Part shown: one piece after another, positions 50,516 to 64,000 of the stretch
Position numbering within the stretch: position 1 is the stretch's first letter
Layout of the letters: each line of letters begins with the position of its first letter
Assembly: GCA_028534125.1 (NCBI GenBank)
Contig: CM052836.1
Span: 5,456,001 to 5,520,000 of the forward strand
Direction: 5' to 3'
Length of the DNA stretch: 64,000 nucleotides
Source of the DNA: Lama glama
Taxonomy: Eukaryota
The notes under the pieces: generated by a model
Database searches by the model: none
The model's input: only the letters and a program-made list of their open reading frames with translations
Told to the model about the DNA's origin: nothing
Program-made: the position numbers and the translations under genes

Positions 50516-53500
50516 ATTTTATGCAAAATTGCTGAGCCAACGTCTTCTTTTCTGTTACTGAGTTAATTTCATGAACGCAGTTAAATACCAGTACAACTTG
50601 GTATTATGAAAGAAACATCTACTCTACATACTGAGAGCAAAGTTTTGCTTAGAAGTAAGAGGAATAAGGAAGAATAGAAAGAAATTCCCCCCTTGCCTGG
50701 TAGCTCAGAGATGTCTTGGGTTTTTTTTCTCTTTTTGCAAGAAATAAAAATGTTTTTTAAAAAAATGCAAAGCATGAAGAAATCAAACTCTCCTACAAGA
50801 TCCGAGAGTAAATAGAATTCCTTCTACCAGCCCTGTTCACAGACCGAGAGGATCAGTTACGGCATGCCCTTATTAAAAACACGCTAGCCTCTAAGACCGA
50901 AAAGGTCTGTCTTGTTCAAAAGCTAAGAGACAAAGGAAGGTACTTAACAGAGAAATAACTAATGGGGACCATGGAGTTGCCCAGACGATGTTCGGAAGGA
51001 AGCTTAGGACTCTCATTTTTAACTACTAAGGGTGAAAAAGAGAAATTTAAAAAATTATGCCCCTGACTGACCTGAAGTAATTGAGAGGACCTTCTGCTTA
51101 ATTCCTTTTTGTCACTTACTCCCAAGAGCCTCCACCTCCATGCTTTCAGGGCAAGGGCAATTTTCTGCTAGAATTCATCTAGGAAAAAAAAGCATGCTTT
51201 GTTGCTGGATTGAGTCTTGCCTGTCACAGCGTAGGGGTTAGTTTTCAGAACAGGGCTCGGCAAACACCTGAAAAGACAAGGGTGTTTTGGAACAATTAAC
51301 ATCCCAGGGTGTCAGGCTGGAAGTCCTTTTCTCTACCGATCTGTGGACATCATGAGAATAAAGTCAGCCAATGACTCAAAATGAACTTTTCCAAACTCTC
51401 TCTGATTACTCTCCCTGCTGGGGAGATTTTTTCCTCAGCCACCTGACCTTCTTGTTTAAAGCTTCCAATCAATTCCCCAGCTAAGTGCTGTCTCTCTGGA
51501 ATTGCAAACACTGTTGAAATTTCAAATCGTGACATTTTTGAACACCTGGGTGAGAAGCTCCTGGTGAGATAAGACAGAGAAATAATAAAGTGGGCTCACT
51601 GGTGTACTGCAATCCTTTGGCATTCAGGAGATGGACTCCCAGTGCCTCAAAAGGATTAACAGCTTAATATTTTTTAGCCAAGTTTCCCAGGGCCAACCCA
51701 AATATACTCCTCTCATTGGGAAGTGCCCAGGAAGGGTTTCCAGTCTCCCAAGATTTTATGCTCTTCCGCCTTTGTACCCAGAGATAGGCAATCCTGAGTT
51801 GTGTCTGAGATTTCTCTTTTTCAAGATAGAAAATCTTCAAAGACAGATCAAATATTTTTGGAGTTTCTGTAATGTTGGTGTCACCAAAGTTCTGAAGGGC
51901 ATGTGTCTACTTCAGGGAGGAAAAAAAAAAAAAAAATAGGGCAGGCTCCTAGAAATCCCAGTTGCCCAATTGCGTGAGAATCAGAGGAGCCTCCTTGCAG
52001 AAACAGAGATGAGAAATTCAGGGCAGATAAAGACAAGTGTCAGAGGCAATTCTCTCCTGGACTTGTCGCGTGTGGAGCACCTGATTGCAGAGGAAAGCAG
52101 AGCACGGTCCTACCAGCACAGGACAAGAAACTGGGAAAAGTGACTGTGCGGCAAGAGCCTGTCCTTCTTGAAGGGAAAAGCAGGGCACTTATAAATAACC
52201 ACGAGAGCAAGGAAAAGGAAAAGTCATGCAAGCAAAACTCCAGGAGCAAGATGGAATCCGATCAAAGAGAATGCATTGAGGCCACATCCAGGTTCGGGGG
52301 CAGGAGTTCTTCTCGCCAGGTAAAAGTAGTTCATTTAAGATGAAGCAATGCAGGATAATGGAAACAACCTAAGTGTCCATCAGCAGATGACTGGATAAAG
52401 GAAATGGGGGGGGGGGTGCGTATATATACATACACTGAAAAAATAATGAAATTTTTAAAAATAAAAACATTTTTAAATGATGGGACAAGGGAGAATCCAG
52501 TCCCCTAGAAAAGTATAGGTACACATAAATGAGAAGGTCATAGATCCTAGTCAACTCTCAGGGTTTCAAAATGAGGCTGCATTTCCCAAAGGGAACCATC
52601 CAAGGCTCCAGGTTGTCAAGAACTGTTCAAGAAGACTAGTCTACACACAGTGAAGGTAGATTTACGTTTCAGTTCAGTTTCAGTTTTCCTGTGGACATCA
52701 AACCCCAAATTCATCATCAGTCCTTTACACTAGGAATGCTGGGAATTAGTGCTGAAACAATTAAGGAAATTAGGCTAATTAGGCTGGTTCTAGATCATAT
52801 TTGCTGGAGAGGGGTTTCTAATTGTACCACTAGGCTCGGGTCTCATTGAGCCTGGTCCTGAGTGGGCTGGAATTAGCAGTGGTAAAGTGCCTTGTGTTAA
52901 CCCTTCTCTCTACCCTCCTCTTTCTCCTGGCACCCATCACCACCATGTCACGTGTCAAGTGCTTTCTATTATTCGTCACAATGTAGCTGAACATTTCCAA
53001 GTAAGATGACAACTAGAATCATTGATGAGATGGAGATGCACTATCTACCTCTCAAAATTATTGCAGAGATTAAATGTGATAATTCATGCCCAGTTTATAT
53101 CTATGATGTCTCATAGTGCTGTGTACTCATTATATGATAGTTAAAATAATCATCATCCCCATAATAATTATTATGAAGCACAATCATCTTTCTCCCTATT
53201 AGCTGATAATCAAAATACCCAAAGAAATACAAAAATACAGAGAATCCAACATCAGCAATGAAAAAATAAACAAAAATACAGCCCAATAGACAAATACTTT
53301 TCCCATTGGAAGTGTCTTAAACTTTAGGTTAGAAGAGAGAACAGAGTTTGAAATGCGGAACTGAGGCACATTTCTCATCATGTTCTGCAAGTTGAAAACA
53401 GACAAATCCCACCAGTCTTCACTTACTTCTCCGAGACAGTTACTCATATTAGCCACTCATTTAATTTTTAGATGGTCATTTCCAAACCTGGATGATTGTG

Positions 53501-53643
53501 ATACCCACCTCAGAAATTGATAAAAATATAGATCTAGGGCCCCTTTTACATCACAAATTTCTGGGTGGAGGTGCAGGAATTTGTATTTAAAAAAATTCAG
53601 CAGATGGGTTTTTTAAAAAGACAAGAAAAGGGAATAAAAAGGG

Positions 53644-53949
53644 CAGGTAGACCTCATTTTATTGCACTTCGCTTTATAATGCTTTGCAGATAGCGCATTT
53701 TTTTACAAACTGAAGGTTTGTGGTAACATGACGTCGAGCAAGGAATCAGTACCAATTTTCCAACAGTATTTGCTCACTATGTTTCTCCGTATCACATTTG
53801 GGTAATTCTCACAATATTTCAAAATTTTTTACTATCATTATACTCGTCATGGTGATCTGTGATCAGAGATCTTAGATGTTGCTATTGCAGTTGTCTTGGC
53901 ATTTTTTAGCAATATTTTAAATTAAATTATGAGTATTTTTTAAAGCATG
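53644..53949 (+). mobile_element. Tigger1 derivative, truncated by gap
   Basis: caggtagacctcattttattgcacttcgctttataatgctttgcagatagcgcattttttacaaactgaaggtttgtgg. Confidence 0.9.
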
Positions 53950-54094
53950 NNNNNNNNNNNNNNNNNNNNNNNNNNNNNNNNNNNNNNNNNNNNNNNNNNN
54001 NNNNNNNNNNNNNNNNNNNNNNNNNNNNNNNNNNNNNNNNNNNNNNNNNNNNNNNNNNNNNNNNNNNNNNNNNNNNNNNNNNNNNNNNNNNNNN
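53950..54094. other. Assembly gap (N)
   Basis: Run of N. Confidence 1.
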
Positions 54095-54290
54095 TGTCTT
54101 TACTACAGATTGTGAAGGGAGAAATAAGACTGTCTTTGTTTGCAGAAGACATGACTATTTATATCAAAATGTCCACAGAACAGACCAAAACACAGTCCTA
54201 AATCTAATAAGTGATTATAGCTACATTGCAGGATACAAGGTTGATATCCAGAAGTTTAAAAAATATACACTCTGGGGTATATATGTCTGT
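54095..54290 (+). mobile_element. L1 ORF2 reverse-transcriptase fragment
   Basis: Translates IVKGEIRLSLFAEDMTIYIK (degenerate LFADD RT motif); gcaggatacaaggttgatatcc. Confidence 0.8.
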
Positions 54291-54944
54291 AAAATTGTTT
54301 AAAGACCACTGCTCTGAGTCTCCACCATTATTCTTCAATTTAGCTCTATCATGAAACCCAAGTGATATTATGCAGATTAAGAATTCACACTCAACCACAT
54401 TCAATAAATTTGAAAAAAAAACTATCCTGAATAAACAATCATAAATCACTTCATTGACTTATTAAAGTTTTTTTTTTTTCCTGCTGAACTTCTGTTTGAA
54501 AACACTTGATTAACCTCTTAGGAGTAATAAAACTGAAAGTCTTTAAAAATACCTGGTATTGTAGACTAGCAACACGTTCACACTATTTTCAGTAACATTT
54601 TATTGTACCTCTGTTTGCTTTTTCCTATTTTTTTTCTTATTCCTAAAGTCAACAATACTGAACATGTAAAAATCTCAGAAGAAAGAAAAAAGTAATTAAA
54701 AAGTGAAAATCTTTTCAAGAATTTAAAGACTTTAAGCTTTGGGGGTAAAAAAATGTCTTTGAAACTGACTATTTAAATCCTTCAAACAGCAGTTACCATG
54801 GACCAAAATATGAAGCATACTTTCACCGTTTAAGTAATCTGGAAAAAGACGTTGGTGTCAAAAGTAAATAAAGGTTCTCTTGCGATACAGTCAAGCAATT
54901 TTCTGTGTGCCTCCGAAGTGTTTGATTCATTATCAAAATATTTT

Positions 54945-55797
54945 GGGGTAAAAAAAGAAAAGAAAGTAGACATATTGGTCTCTGCTCTTGGCTCCTGGCA
55001 CAAAGCTCCTAAAACCTTTGTAACTTCCTAAGAGCACTAAAAGCATCCTTTGTTCTACTGAGGCAACTCTGGGTGGGCTCCTGGGGGGCTCTAGGATAAA
55101 GGCTGCTCCCTAGAAAGACCAAGCCATAATCAGAAGCTTGGAATTTTCAACCCTACTCCTTACCCTCTAGAGAGGGGAGAGGGACTAGAAATGGAGTTAG
55201 TAACTGATCTTACCTACATGAGGAAGCCTCCGTAAAATGCCTAATAGCATGGGGTCCGGGGAGCTTCCAGGTTAGTGAAAACATTCACATGGTGGGTCAT
55301 GCACCCCAAGTCCGTGAAGATGGAAGCTCCTGGGCTGGGGACCCTCCCAAACGTCACTCTACGTATCTCTGCATCTGGCTGTTCATCTGTATCCTTTATC
55401 ATATCCTTTAGTAAACTGGTAAACATAAATGTTTCCCTGAGTTCTGTGAGCCTCTCTAGCAAATGAATCAAACCTAAGGAACTTCTAACCTATAGCCAGT
55501 TGGTCAGAAGCACAGGTGATTTCTTGAGCGGAGACTAGCATTTGAAGTGTGCATGCGTGGTGGGGGATGGGGCGCAGTCTTGTGGGACAGAGCCCTTAAC
55601 CTGTAAGGTCTGATCAGCCAGCATTGAGTTCAATTGTAAGACTCCCAGCTGGTGTCACACAGCATTGCTTGGTGTCGTGAAAAACCTCCCCACATTTGGT
55701 GGATGGAAGTGACCAGAAGTGAAATAGTCTGTATAAAAATAAAGGAAACACAGGAAAGAAGTACACAGCAGGGAAGAACTGGGTTTTCCCCTAGTCA
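54945..55797 (+). mobile_element. MER21-like LTR
   Basis: tattggtctctgctcttggctcctggcacaaagctcctaaaacc; atggaagctcctgggctggggaccctccc; gtaaactggtaaacataaatgtttccctgagttctgtgagc. Confidence 0.8.
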
Positions 55798-56711
55798 AGG
55801 AGGAAAAAAAATCCGAGTTTTTCCATTACAGTGACAGAGCAATAAAAGAGGAATTCTCATCCCAGATAAGTTATCTGATACGTGTGTGCTCTGATGAGAC
55901 AGAAGTCACTGAAATGTCTTGGCCCTTCACTTTTTCTCTCCAGTTCGGTAGGTACCATGCTCATTTATATCACCACTCTGTTAGCAAAGCTACATGACTT
56001 AATTTTCTCTCCTTCCTCCCCACACATCAATGTCAGTGTGGCTTTGGTACTGAGGTCTACAAATAGGATGAAACTCTGTTCAGTGCAAACTATTGTACTG
56101 TTTGTTATGACCTTGTTCAGTTTTTCCAGTGAGTTTCCAATGAAACCCTTTTATTTTTTTTTTAAATACTCATTTTCCTCTATAGGTCACCACATAATGA
56201 ACACAAGATCATGCAATCATTTTCCTAAGTAAACAGCATCCAAATTTTGAATAATTTTTTTTCATAAAATAAAATTCTGATGACTAGAATTTGTATTGTT
56301 TATTTAGAAAGGAGATGAAGTTAATAATTGCCTTAACTAATTTTAATAAACTTTTAAATTTGAATTTGAGTTTAAATTAAAATAAATATTAAATGGAAAT
56401 AGATTTTCTTTAAAAAAGTATTTAATGGCACCACAGAACTAGAGGCAATAATACTATCACGATTTTTTCAATGAATTCTTGCACTATTAAATGTTCTCAT
56501 AGTCTGTCTCATTTTATCTGTCAATAGTCTCATGAGATGAGTGAGAAAGATGCAATCCTATTTTTCAGAAAATAGAACAAAGGCATCTAGCAGCAGTTCA
56601 TTTCTTCTAATTGTTAATATCTTGCAGAATCTGATCTAATGGCCATGAGCTGCACAATTTTGTTGGTGTGGGTCAGTACCAAGGAAAATAAAAAAGGAGA
56701 GAAAATTAAGA

Positions 56712-58025
56712 TTATTTTTATTTTCCATTACAGTTTATTACAGGATATTGAATATAGTTCCCTGTGCTGTACAGTAGGACTTTGTTGTTTATTTTATATA
56801 TAGTAGTTTATATCTGCTAATCCCAAACTCTTAAATTATCCTTCTCCTATCCCCCCTTCCCCCTTTGGTAACCATAAGTTTGTTTTCTATGTCTGTGAGT
56901 CTGTTTCTGTTTTGTAAATAGGTTTATTTGTATCATATTTTAGATTCCACATGTAAGTGATATTATTTGATGATTGTCTGTCTCTGTCTGACTTACTTTA
57001 CTTAGTANNNNNNNNNNNNNNNNNNNNNNNNNNNNNNNNNNNNNNNNNNNNNNNNNNNNNNNNNNNNNNNNNNNNNNNNNNNNNNNNNNNNNNNNNNNNN
57101 NNNNNNNNNNNNNNNNNNNNNNNNNNNNNNNNNNNNNNNNNNNNNNNNNNNNNNNNNNNNNNNNAGTGCTGCTCTGAACATTGGAGTGCATGTATATTTT
57201 TGAATTAGAGTTTCCTCTAGACATATGCCCAGGAGTGGGATTCCTGGATCATATGGCAACTTTATTTTTACTTTTTTAAGGCACCTCCATACTGTTATCC
57301 ATAATGGCTGCATCAGTTTACATTCCCACCAACAATGTAGGAGGCTTCCCTTTTCCCCACACTCTCCAGCATTTATTATTTGTAGATTTTTTAATATGGC
57401 CNNNNNNNNNNNNNNNNNNNNNNNNNNNNNNNNNNNNNNNNNNNNNNNNNNNNNNNNNNNNNNNNNNNNNNNNNNNNNNNNNNNNNNNNNNNNNNNNNNN
57501 NNNNNNNNNNNNNNNNNNNNNNNNNNNNNNNNNNNNNNNNNNNNNNNNNNNNNNNNNNNTGTCTTTGTTGTTGTTTCTGTTATTGATCTGTAGGAACAGT
57601 TTATATATTTTGGAAATTAAGCCCTTGTCAATCACATCATTTGCAAGTATTTTCTCCCAATTTGTAGGCTGTCTTTCCATTTTGTTTGTGGTTTCCTTTG
57701 CTATGTGAAGGCTTATGTTTGGTTATGTCCCACTTGTTTATTTTCGCTTTTATTCCTATTGCCTTGGGAGGATGACCTAAGAAAACGTTGCTGTGATTTA
57801 TGTCGGAGAATGTTTTGCCTTTATTCTCTTCCGGGAATTTTATGGTGTCATGTCTTTAAGTCTTTAAGCCATTTCGAGTTTATTTTTGTGTGGGATGTGA
57901 GGGGTCTAACTTCTTCGATTCACATTCGGCTGTCCAGATTTCCCAACACGATTTGCTGAAGAGACCTCTTTTGTCCATTGTATATTCTTGCCTCCTTTGT
58001 CAAAGATTAATTGACTGTAGATTTA
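56712..58025 (-). mobile_element. L1 3' portion (ORF2 C-terminus and 3'UTR) with two N gaps (57008-57164, 57402-57559)
   Basis: Minus-strand translations [29 protein letters not shown] and MERQPTNWEKILANDVIDKGLISKIYK; 3'UTR gaatatagttccctgtgctgtacagtagg. Confidence 0.92.
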
Positions 58026-59264
58026 TGGCTTTCATGTGCCCCGCATTGGGGCCTTTTTCAATTAGGAGATCATGGCAACTTTTTTTTTTTTCCCAGGAAT
58101 CTTAACTATTCACTGCAACCTACATTACGCTGCATCCAATTCAATAGCTTAAAGATCTTATTGTACCAGCAGTGAGCATTAGAGCGGTCCAGAAATTTCA
58201 AAACTGGCAACATTCCCCCCAAACTACTAGGCTCTACCTCATTTTATATTAATGTGGTTGCTTGCCTGGGAATGGAATGGAGGCTTGCTACATTCACCGA
58301 GACTTGCCTGTTTTGGATTGCAGATGGCCCTTAGCTCCTGACCCAGGCGTTTCTCTCAGCATCCAACACTTTCTCCTCCCAATCTGGTCTTTTCCACATT
58401 ACTCACAAGATGTAGAGCATTACTACCTTATGACTCTCACGTTTCTGGTGGAATTCTCTTTTCAAAGTTCAGCGTAAGTGCCTATTCTTAGGCAATCCCT
58501 GGAGATGTCCTTGAATCTTTAATAGAATGATGCGATCTACATAAACCAGCTTTCATCAAATAGACTTATATAGAGAATCCTAAAATTACAGCACTCATTT
58601 ATTTGAAGACTGTGCAGGCTGAAAATACAATTTATTTTAAGATGATTGTAGACATTCATTTCCAAAGATTAATATAATGATACCTTTATAAGGGAAATGA
58701 TGCTGCCCTGCACTTTTGAAGTCAATGCCACCTTGCTCTCCTACAAAATATCTCTCAGTGCCTATGACAAATAATTTACAATCACTCTTGAAACTTCTAA
58801 TTTCCTTTCCAAATATAATGGTACAAAGTAAAAGACACATAGCAGTTTGTGTCAGAGGAAACTTGAAAAACTTACATTTTGGTTAAGAAAAGACTCGACT
58901 GCTGCAAAAAGTATTCAAGAAATACCTAGAATAAGAAAAAAAAACCAAAAAACCTCACCCCATTAGAGACAGAATGTGATGGGTTTCAGAATGCACAAGA
59001 GAAGTGAGGCTTCCTGCCTTCACTCCTGTAAAGGGAATAAAATAAATATGAGATAATGTTTTCTCTTTCCACTTTTATGTCTTTAATCTTAACTATTTCT
59101 AGTCTACTACCCACCTGTTTCATATAATGAGAGTGATTAAAAAAAAAAAACAAGAGCAAAACTTGAAATGGTTAACAAGGATCCAGTTAGGGAATTTGTA
59201 ATTACAGCAAAAAAATTTTTAAAACATCTATTATGTAGTAATGTCTACAGGGATTTTCATTTGT

Positions 59265-59960
59265 TGACTTATCAGTAAATATTTAATGATTAGCTATTAT
59301 AAGATCATAAGTAAGGCATTCTGGATATAGTGAGAGGATACAAGGATAAATCAGGGTACAGAGCTACAAGAGAAAAAAAACAANNNNNNNNNNNNNNNNN
59401 NNNNNNNNNNNNNNNNNNNNNNNNNNNNNNNNNNNNNNNNNNNNNNNNNNNNNNNNNNNNNNNNNNNNNNNNNNNNNNNNNNNNNNNNNNNNNNNNNNNN
59501 NNNNNNNNNNNNNNNNNNNNNNNNNNNNNNNNNNNNNNNNNNNNNNNNNNNNNNNNNNNNNNNNNNNNNNNNNNNNNNNNNNNNNNNNNNNNNNNNNNNN
59601 NNNNNNNNNNNNNNNNNNNNNNNNNNNNNNNNNNNNNNNNNNNNNNNNNNNNNNNNNNNNNNNNNNNNNNNNNNNNNNNGAGAAGAAAATTGAAATGATG
59701 GAAATTAAGTGCTATGGGAGGTCCAGGAAAAAATTTCCTATGGCCACCAAAAGGAAGTTGTGGCTCAGGATACAGAAGAGATAAGAAGAAAGAGCTGCGA
59801 CTTGAGGAGGTGAGACATGCTCTTTTAGAGGGGTTATAGATAAAGCTAGGAGAAGCTGAAAAAACAGGAATGGTTGCAAAATAGAAAAGTGTGCAAATAT
59901 CTAGGAAAAAAAGAAGAGGTTCAGTTTGGTCGTGGCACAGAGAATAAGTGGGACAGGCAA
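59265..59960 (-). mobile_element. L2 remnant spanning N gap 59384-59679
   Basis: tatcagtaaatatttaatgattagctattat; aagtgctatgggaggtccagg. Confidence 0.5.
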
Positions 59961-61365
59961 GAAACAGGATTACCAGTGTAACTCAAGGAAACTTGCATCC
60001 CAGAGGCGTATATTACGTTCATAACCAGCATCAGAAACAAATCTTCAATCTTAGATGTTTTATTTCTCCTGCCTACTACATTTCAGTGTGACTAATTCTC
60101 AATGTTCTACATTAACTAGGATTGTGAAAAGAATCACTAACTAAACACCAGGACATCTTTGAAAATAAGAACATATTCTGCTCTATCTCCAATACTTCTT
60201 GGGTATAATTCCAAAAAGCAGCACAAGGTTTTCCTCTGCACAGTTAGATGATAAATTGAAATAATTGTATCCCACAAAAAAATACAAAACCAAAGCCAGA
60301 GCAAATAACAAAGGCTAACAAGAAAAATAAGCACATATGTAGCAAAAAGAGAGAGAAAAATCAATATTGGTCTAGAAGCCAAGAAGCTATCAAAAGGATT
60401 TATGCTGTATTTCACCCTGTTTTGAAAATTGGAAGAAATAGTCCTGTAGCATCCAAAGCTGCACAGACACTTGTCTTATTACAGCTTTATTTGTTTTAAC
60501 ACCCAAGCCAGAGCAAAAGACCATAAGCTTCTCCATACCACCCTGATCTCTGGGAGGTGTGGAAATGGAACTATAAAAAAAATGCCCTGAAAGCTGATAC
60601 TTGGCAGCCAATCAAGATTCCTCCATTTTTGAAATTAAATGGACTAGCCTCTCCAAGAATGGGAGGTGAGGGGACAATTGAAAGGCTGCTGCATTATTCC
60701 TGAAACTATAAGCCAGATGGTTTCAAAAGTCAACTGCTTCACACATGAGTAACGAATAAATAAATGAATTGCTTTGGGATCTGTAAAATGGAACCCGACC
60801 TGTCCACACCACTGGGATGTGTCCCACTGCGCCAGCAACCTGAGAGCAAAATGCTTACCAGCTCATTCAACATCTTAACAGGAAGAAAAATCATGGTGGC
60901 CAAGGCCCTAAATAGCACGTTCAGAAAAAAGCATCCTGTAATCCTTAGCCTGCCCGGGGAATAAAGAACCCCAAGTCACGTGTGAAAAAAACCTTTTCAT
61001 TCAGGCAGGTGGGGACCCATAGACCAACAGCAGATGTGTACAAAATTAATTGCTCCCAATAAACTAAAAACTATGGAAGCAACACAGCTTTGATGAAGTA
61101 CAGATTTTAGAGCTAAAGTAGATTTAGTGAAGATACAGTGTCTGAAACTCAGTCCTGAGCATCTGATTAAAAAACTCTGATTGTCACCAGCAACACGGTG
61201 CTGTCCCTGTGCCTTCTCTGTTGCTCCCACAACTGCCAGTGTAGCATCTCCTGTGCTGTCAGCGGCCCCCGTGGCCCCTATGGAACAGAGAGCAATGGCC
61301 TTTTCTGGGTCACTTGCAGAGCGATGTCATAGTTGAAAATGGCAAGGGGCTAAGAGATGCAGCTC

Positions 61366-61871
61366 TGTATTAGTCAGGGTTCTCCAGAGAAACAGAACTC
61401 AGAGGATATACACAAGAAGAGATATTATGAGAATCAACTCACACAATTCTGAAGCCTTGGCTATGTCCCAGAATGCAAGCTGGACAACCAGGAAAGCTGG
61501 TGGTACAATTCAGTCCAGGTCTGAAGACCTGAGAACCAGGATGCTGCAGGCATAGATTCCAGTCTGAATCCTCAGACCTGGTGACCAGAAGCTCCAGTGT
61601 TTTCAGGGCAGGAGAAAATGGATGTCCCAGCTCAGGAGGAGACAGAGAATTCACCCTTCCCCAGCTTTTCATTCTATCTGGGCCCTCAGCGGATTGCACG
61701 ATTCCCGCCTCCACCACATTGTTGAGGACGGCCTTTGTACAGTGTACTGGGTAATTCAAATGCCAGTCTCTTCTGGAAACACCCTCCCAGATACACCAGG
61801 AATAATGTTTTATGAGCTGTCTGGGCGTCCCTCGGCCCAGTCATGTTGACATAAAAAAATTAACCAGCACA
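61366..61871 (-). mobile_element. MLT2-family (ERVL) LTR
   Basis: tgtattagtcagggttctccagagaaacagaac at one end and cccagtcatgttgacataaaaaaattaaccagcaca at the other. Confidence 0.88.
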
Positions 61872-62107
61872 GCATCTCATTCTTAAAATACACACACACA
61901 GAGAGAGAGAGAGAACCGTTTAAACTAAGAAATAATCTCAACACCCAAGTCTAAACTGTATGCTCAGAAACCAGCTCTCCCTTTGTCCCCCCAGGAGTAT
62001 ACTGTCTCCTCCAACTGAAGGGGTCAGTCCTGCCTCTTGCTTCTTCAGAGTTTTCTCTAGGACCACATTGCTGCCTTGATGCTCCCAAGAGATGTATTTA
62101 TGCCTCT

Positions 62108-62130
62108 ACCACCACCACCACCACCACCAC
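62108..62130. repeat. (CCA)7 trinucleotide repeat
   Basis: Directly visible. Confidence 0.9.
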
Positions 62131-62268
62131 TGCCCTCAAAGCACACACAGTTTGATAGGGAAGGTAAGACCCATCCATGGAAAGACATGAAATTAAGGAA
62201 GCACAGTGTGGTGGGCGTAAAGGAAGTTTTGGCAAAATCTAACCTTGCAAAGAAGGCAAATCGATCCC

Positions 62269-62768
62269 NNNNNNNNNNNNNNNNNNNNNNNNNNNNNNNN
62301 NNNNNNNNNNNNNNNNNNNNNNNNNNNNNNNNNNNNNNNNNNNNNNNNNNNNNNNNNNNNNNNNNNNNNNNNNNNNNNNNNNNNNNNNNNNNNNNNNNNN
62401 NNNNNNNNNNNNNNNNNNNNNNNNNNNNNNNNNNNNNNNNNNNNNNNNNNNNNNNNNNNNNNNNNNNNNNNNNNNNNNNNNNNNNNNNNNNNNNNNNNNN
62501 NNNNNNNNNNNNNNNNNNNNNNNNNNNNNNNNNNNNNNNNNNNNNNNNNNNNNNNNNNNNNNNNNNNNNNNNNNNNNNNNNNNNNNNNNNNNNNNNNNNN
62601 NNNNNNNNNNNNNNNNNNNNNNNNNNNNNNNNNNNNNNNNNNNNNNNNNNNNNNNNNNNNNNNNNNNNNNNNNNNNNNNNNNNNNNNNNNNNNNNNNNNN
62701 NNNNNNNNNNNNNNNNNNNNNNNNNNNNNNNNNNNNNNNNNNNNNNNNNNNNNNNNNNNNNNNNNNNN
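62269..62768. other. Assembly gap (500 N)
   Basis: Run of N. Confidence 1.
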
Positions 62769-64000
62769 ACTATCACTCCTCATTTGTTCATTAGTCTCGA
62801 ATGTAACATTTTCTTAAATAGGGTAAGCTATAAGCCAACTAATTAATCCTACAAAGATGAGAAAATTAATGGGAGGGTAAGCCTCACTGATAAGCTGTGA
62901 GTTTTGGGTTCATCGCTTGAATCCTTTGTGTTCATCAAAATATCCTTTCTTTCCAACTTTCTAGCAGCATGAAGAAGAGGGAGAAATAATATACTGAAAA
63001 ATAGAAGCTTCAAAAACTTAACATTTTCAAACTAATATCTCAAGATTTCTATTAGTACCCATAGTGTTCCAAGCAGAGAATACACGAGTAGCCCACTGGG
63101 TGGTAGAAATATCAGGAAACAGAAGAAGATTTAGTTTAAACTAGATTTCCATGGAAACGGAAAAGTTGTCGAAAGCAAAAGCAATGATTCTGTCATTTTT
63201 CCTGCCTGGAAACGCACCAGACAGAAACACCTGTTATACTGGAAGTAACTTGGAGAACGAAGGGTTGATGAAGATGTGGAGATGCCATTAGGAAACGAAG
63301 GAAAGCCCTTAAGAATCCCCTTAGGTAAACTTCTCTTGTTGGAAGCTTCGAGAGTAGGGTGAGCATGGGGCTTATGAACCTAAGATTACTCAGATCCACC
63401 TGGCTCCTCCTTAACAACGTATGGCAAAGAATTGAAGCCTATCCCCAAAAAACCCTGAAGGGCTGACTTTAGATATTTATTTGTCTGTTGCTATGGCAAC
63501 TCAATGACCTCATCTAGTTTGGAAGCTACAAAGAAACAGTCATGCCGGGTAACTAGGAATAAGCCAGAATCCAGGAGACTTGGATCTTAATCATGGCCCT
63601 AATTCTGACAATTGGTGAGATGTTGAGTTACTGCACTTCAGTTTGCCCATTCAAAAACTGAGGCACATATTGATATTCTCAGTTCCTTGTATATGAACAC
63701 TCTTTAGACCAGAGAGTTGATACCCTTTGACTTCAAGAAAAATGATGCCTTATGTAAAAAGAATTTTGAATACTCAGCAAAACATGTCTACTTAGGTGTC
63801 TGTTACCAACTCTAAAGATTCCAGGCCCTATGAACTGAAACGTTAAAAGAAATATGTTCCCAAAAAGGCCATTCAGGGTAAAGTTATTTCATATTCACCT
63901 CCATTGCTTTGAGTACAATCTGTCAAACACAAAGTAACTGCCCGGGAAAACTTACCAAAAGTCTTTGTTCCCAAAGCTATAATACCTGAGTTTTATCTTG

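Noticed and set aside
56940-57959. Cluster of ORFs with recognisable protein motifs
   Set aside because: Fragments of L1 ORF2 plus N gaps
62057-62846. ORFs of 190-256 aa, including one with a poly-proline start
   Set aside because: Length comes from translating a 500-N gap; the poly-Pro is a (CCA)n microsatellite
63950-64000. Minus-strand donor TTTG|gtaagt at 63956
   Set aside because: At the window edge with too little sequence to evaluate; consistent with chance

Overview
Mammalian, non-coding, repeat-rich genomic DNA from a draft assembly with six N gaps. It is very probably camelid, based on tRNA-Ala-derived vic-1-like SINEs and short Tigger1 derivatives. No protein-coding gene could be recognised: the long ORFs in the track are L1 remnants, N-gap artefacts or chance ORFs. 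Much of the window is explained by transposable elements: L1 fragments (one with a twin-priming inversion, one with a perfect 16-bp TSD), L2/MIR, MaLR/ERVL LTRs (MLT1, MLT2, MER21-like), an intact ERV1-type solo LTR with a 4-bp TSD and promoter motifs, and Tigger1, MER5 and MER63 DNA transposon remnants. The unique sequence holds candidate regulatory blocks (a CArG-containing GC-rich block beside a Z-DNA repeat at 29.1-29.9 kb, AP-1 clusters, a CpG-dense hairpin at 7.1 kb). It also holds several weakly supported minus-strand exon candidates that might belong to an unidentified gene or lncRNA. I found no convincing novel biological system. Repeat family names were assigned by eye from remembered consensus features, and old-repeat boundaries are approximate.
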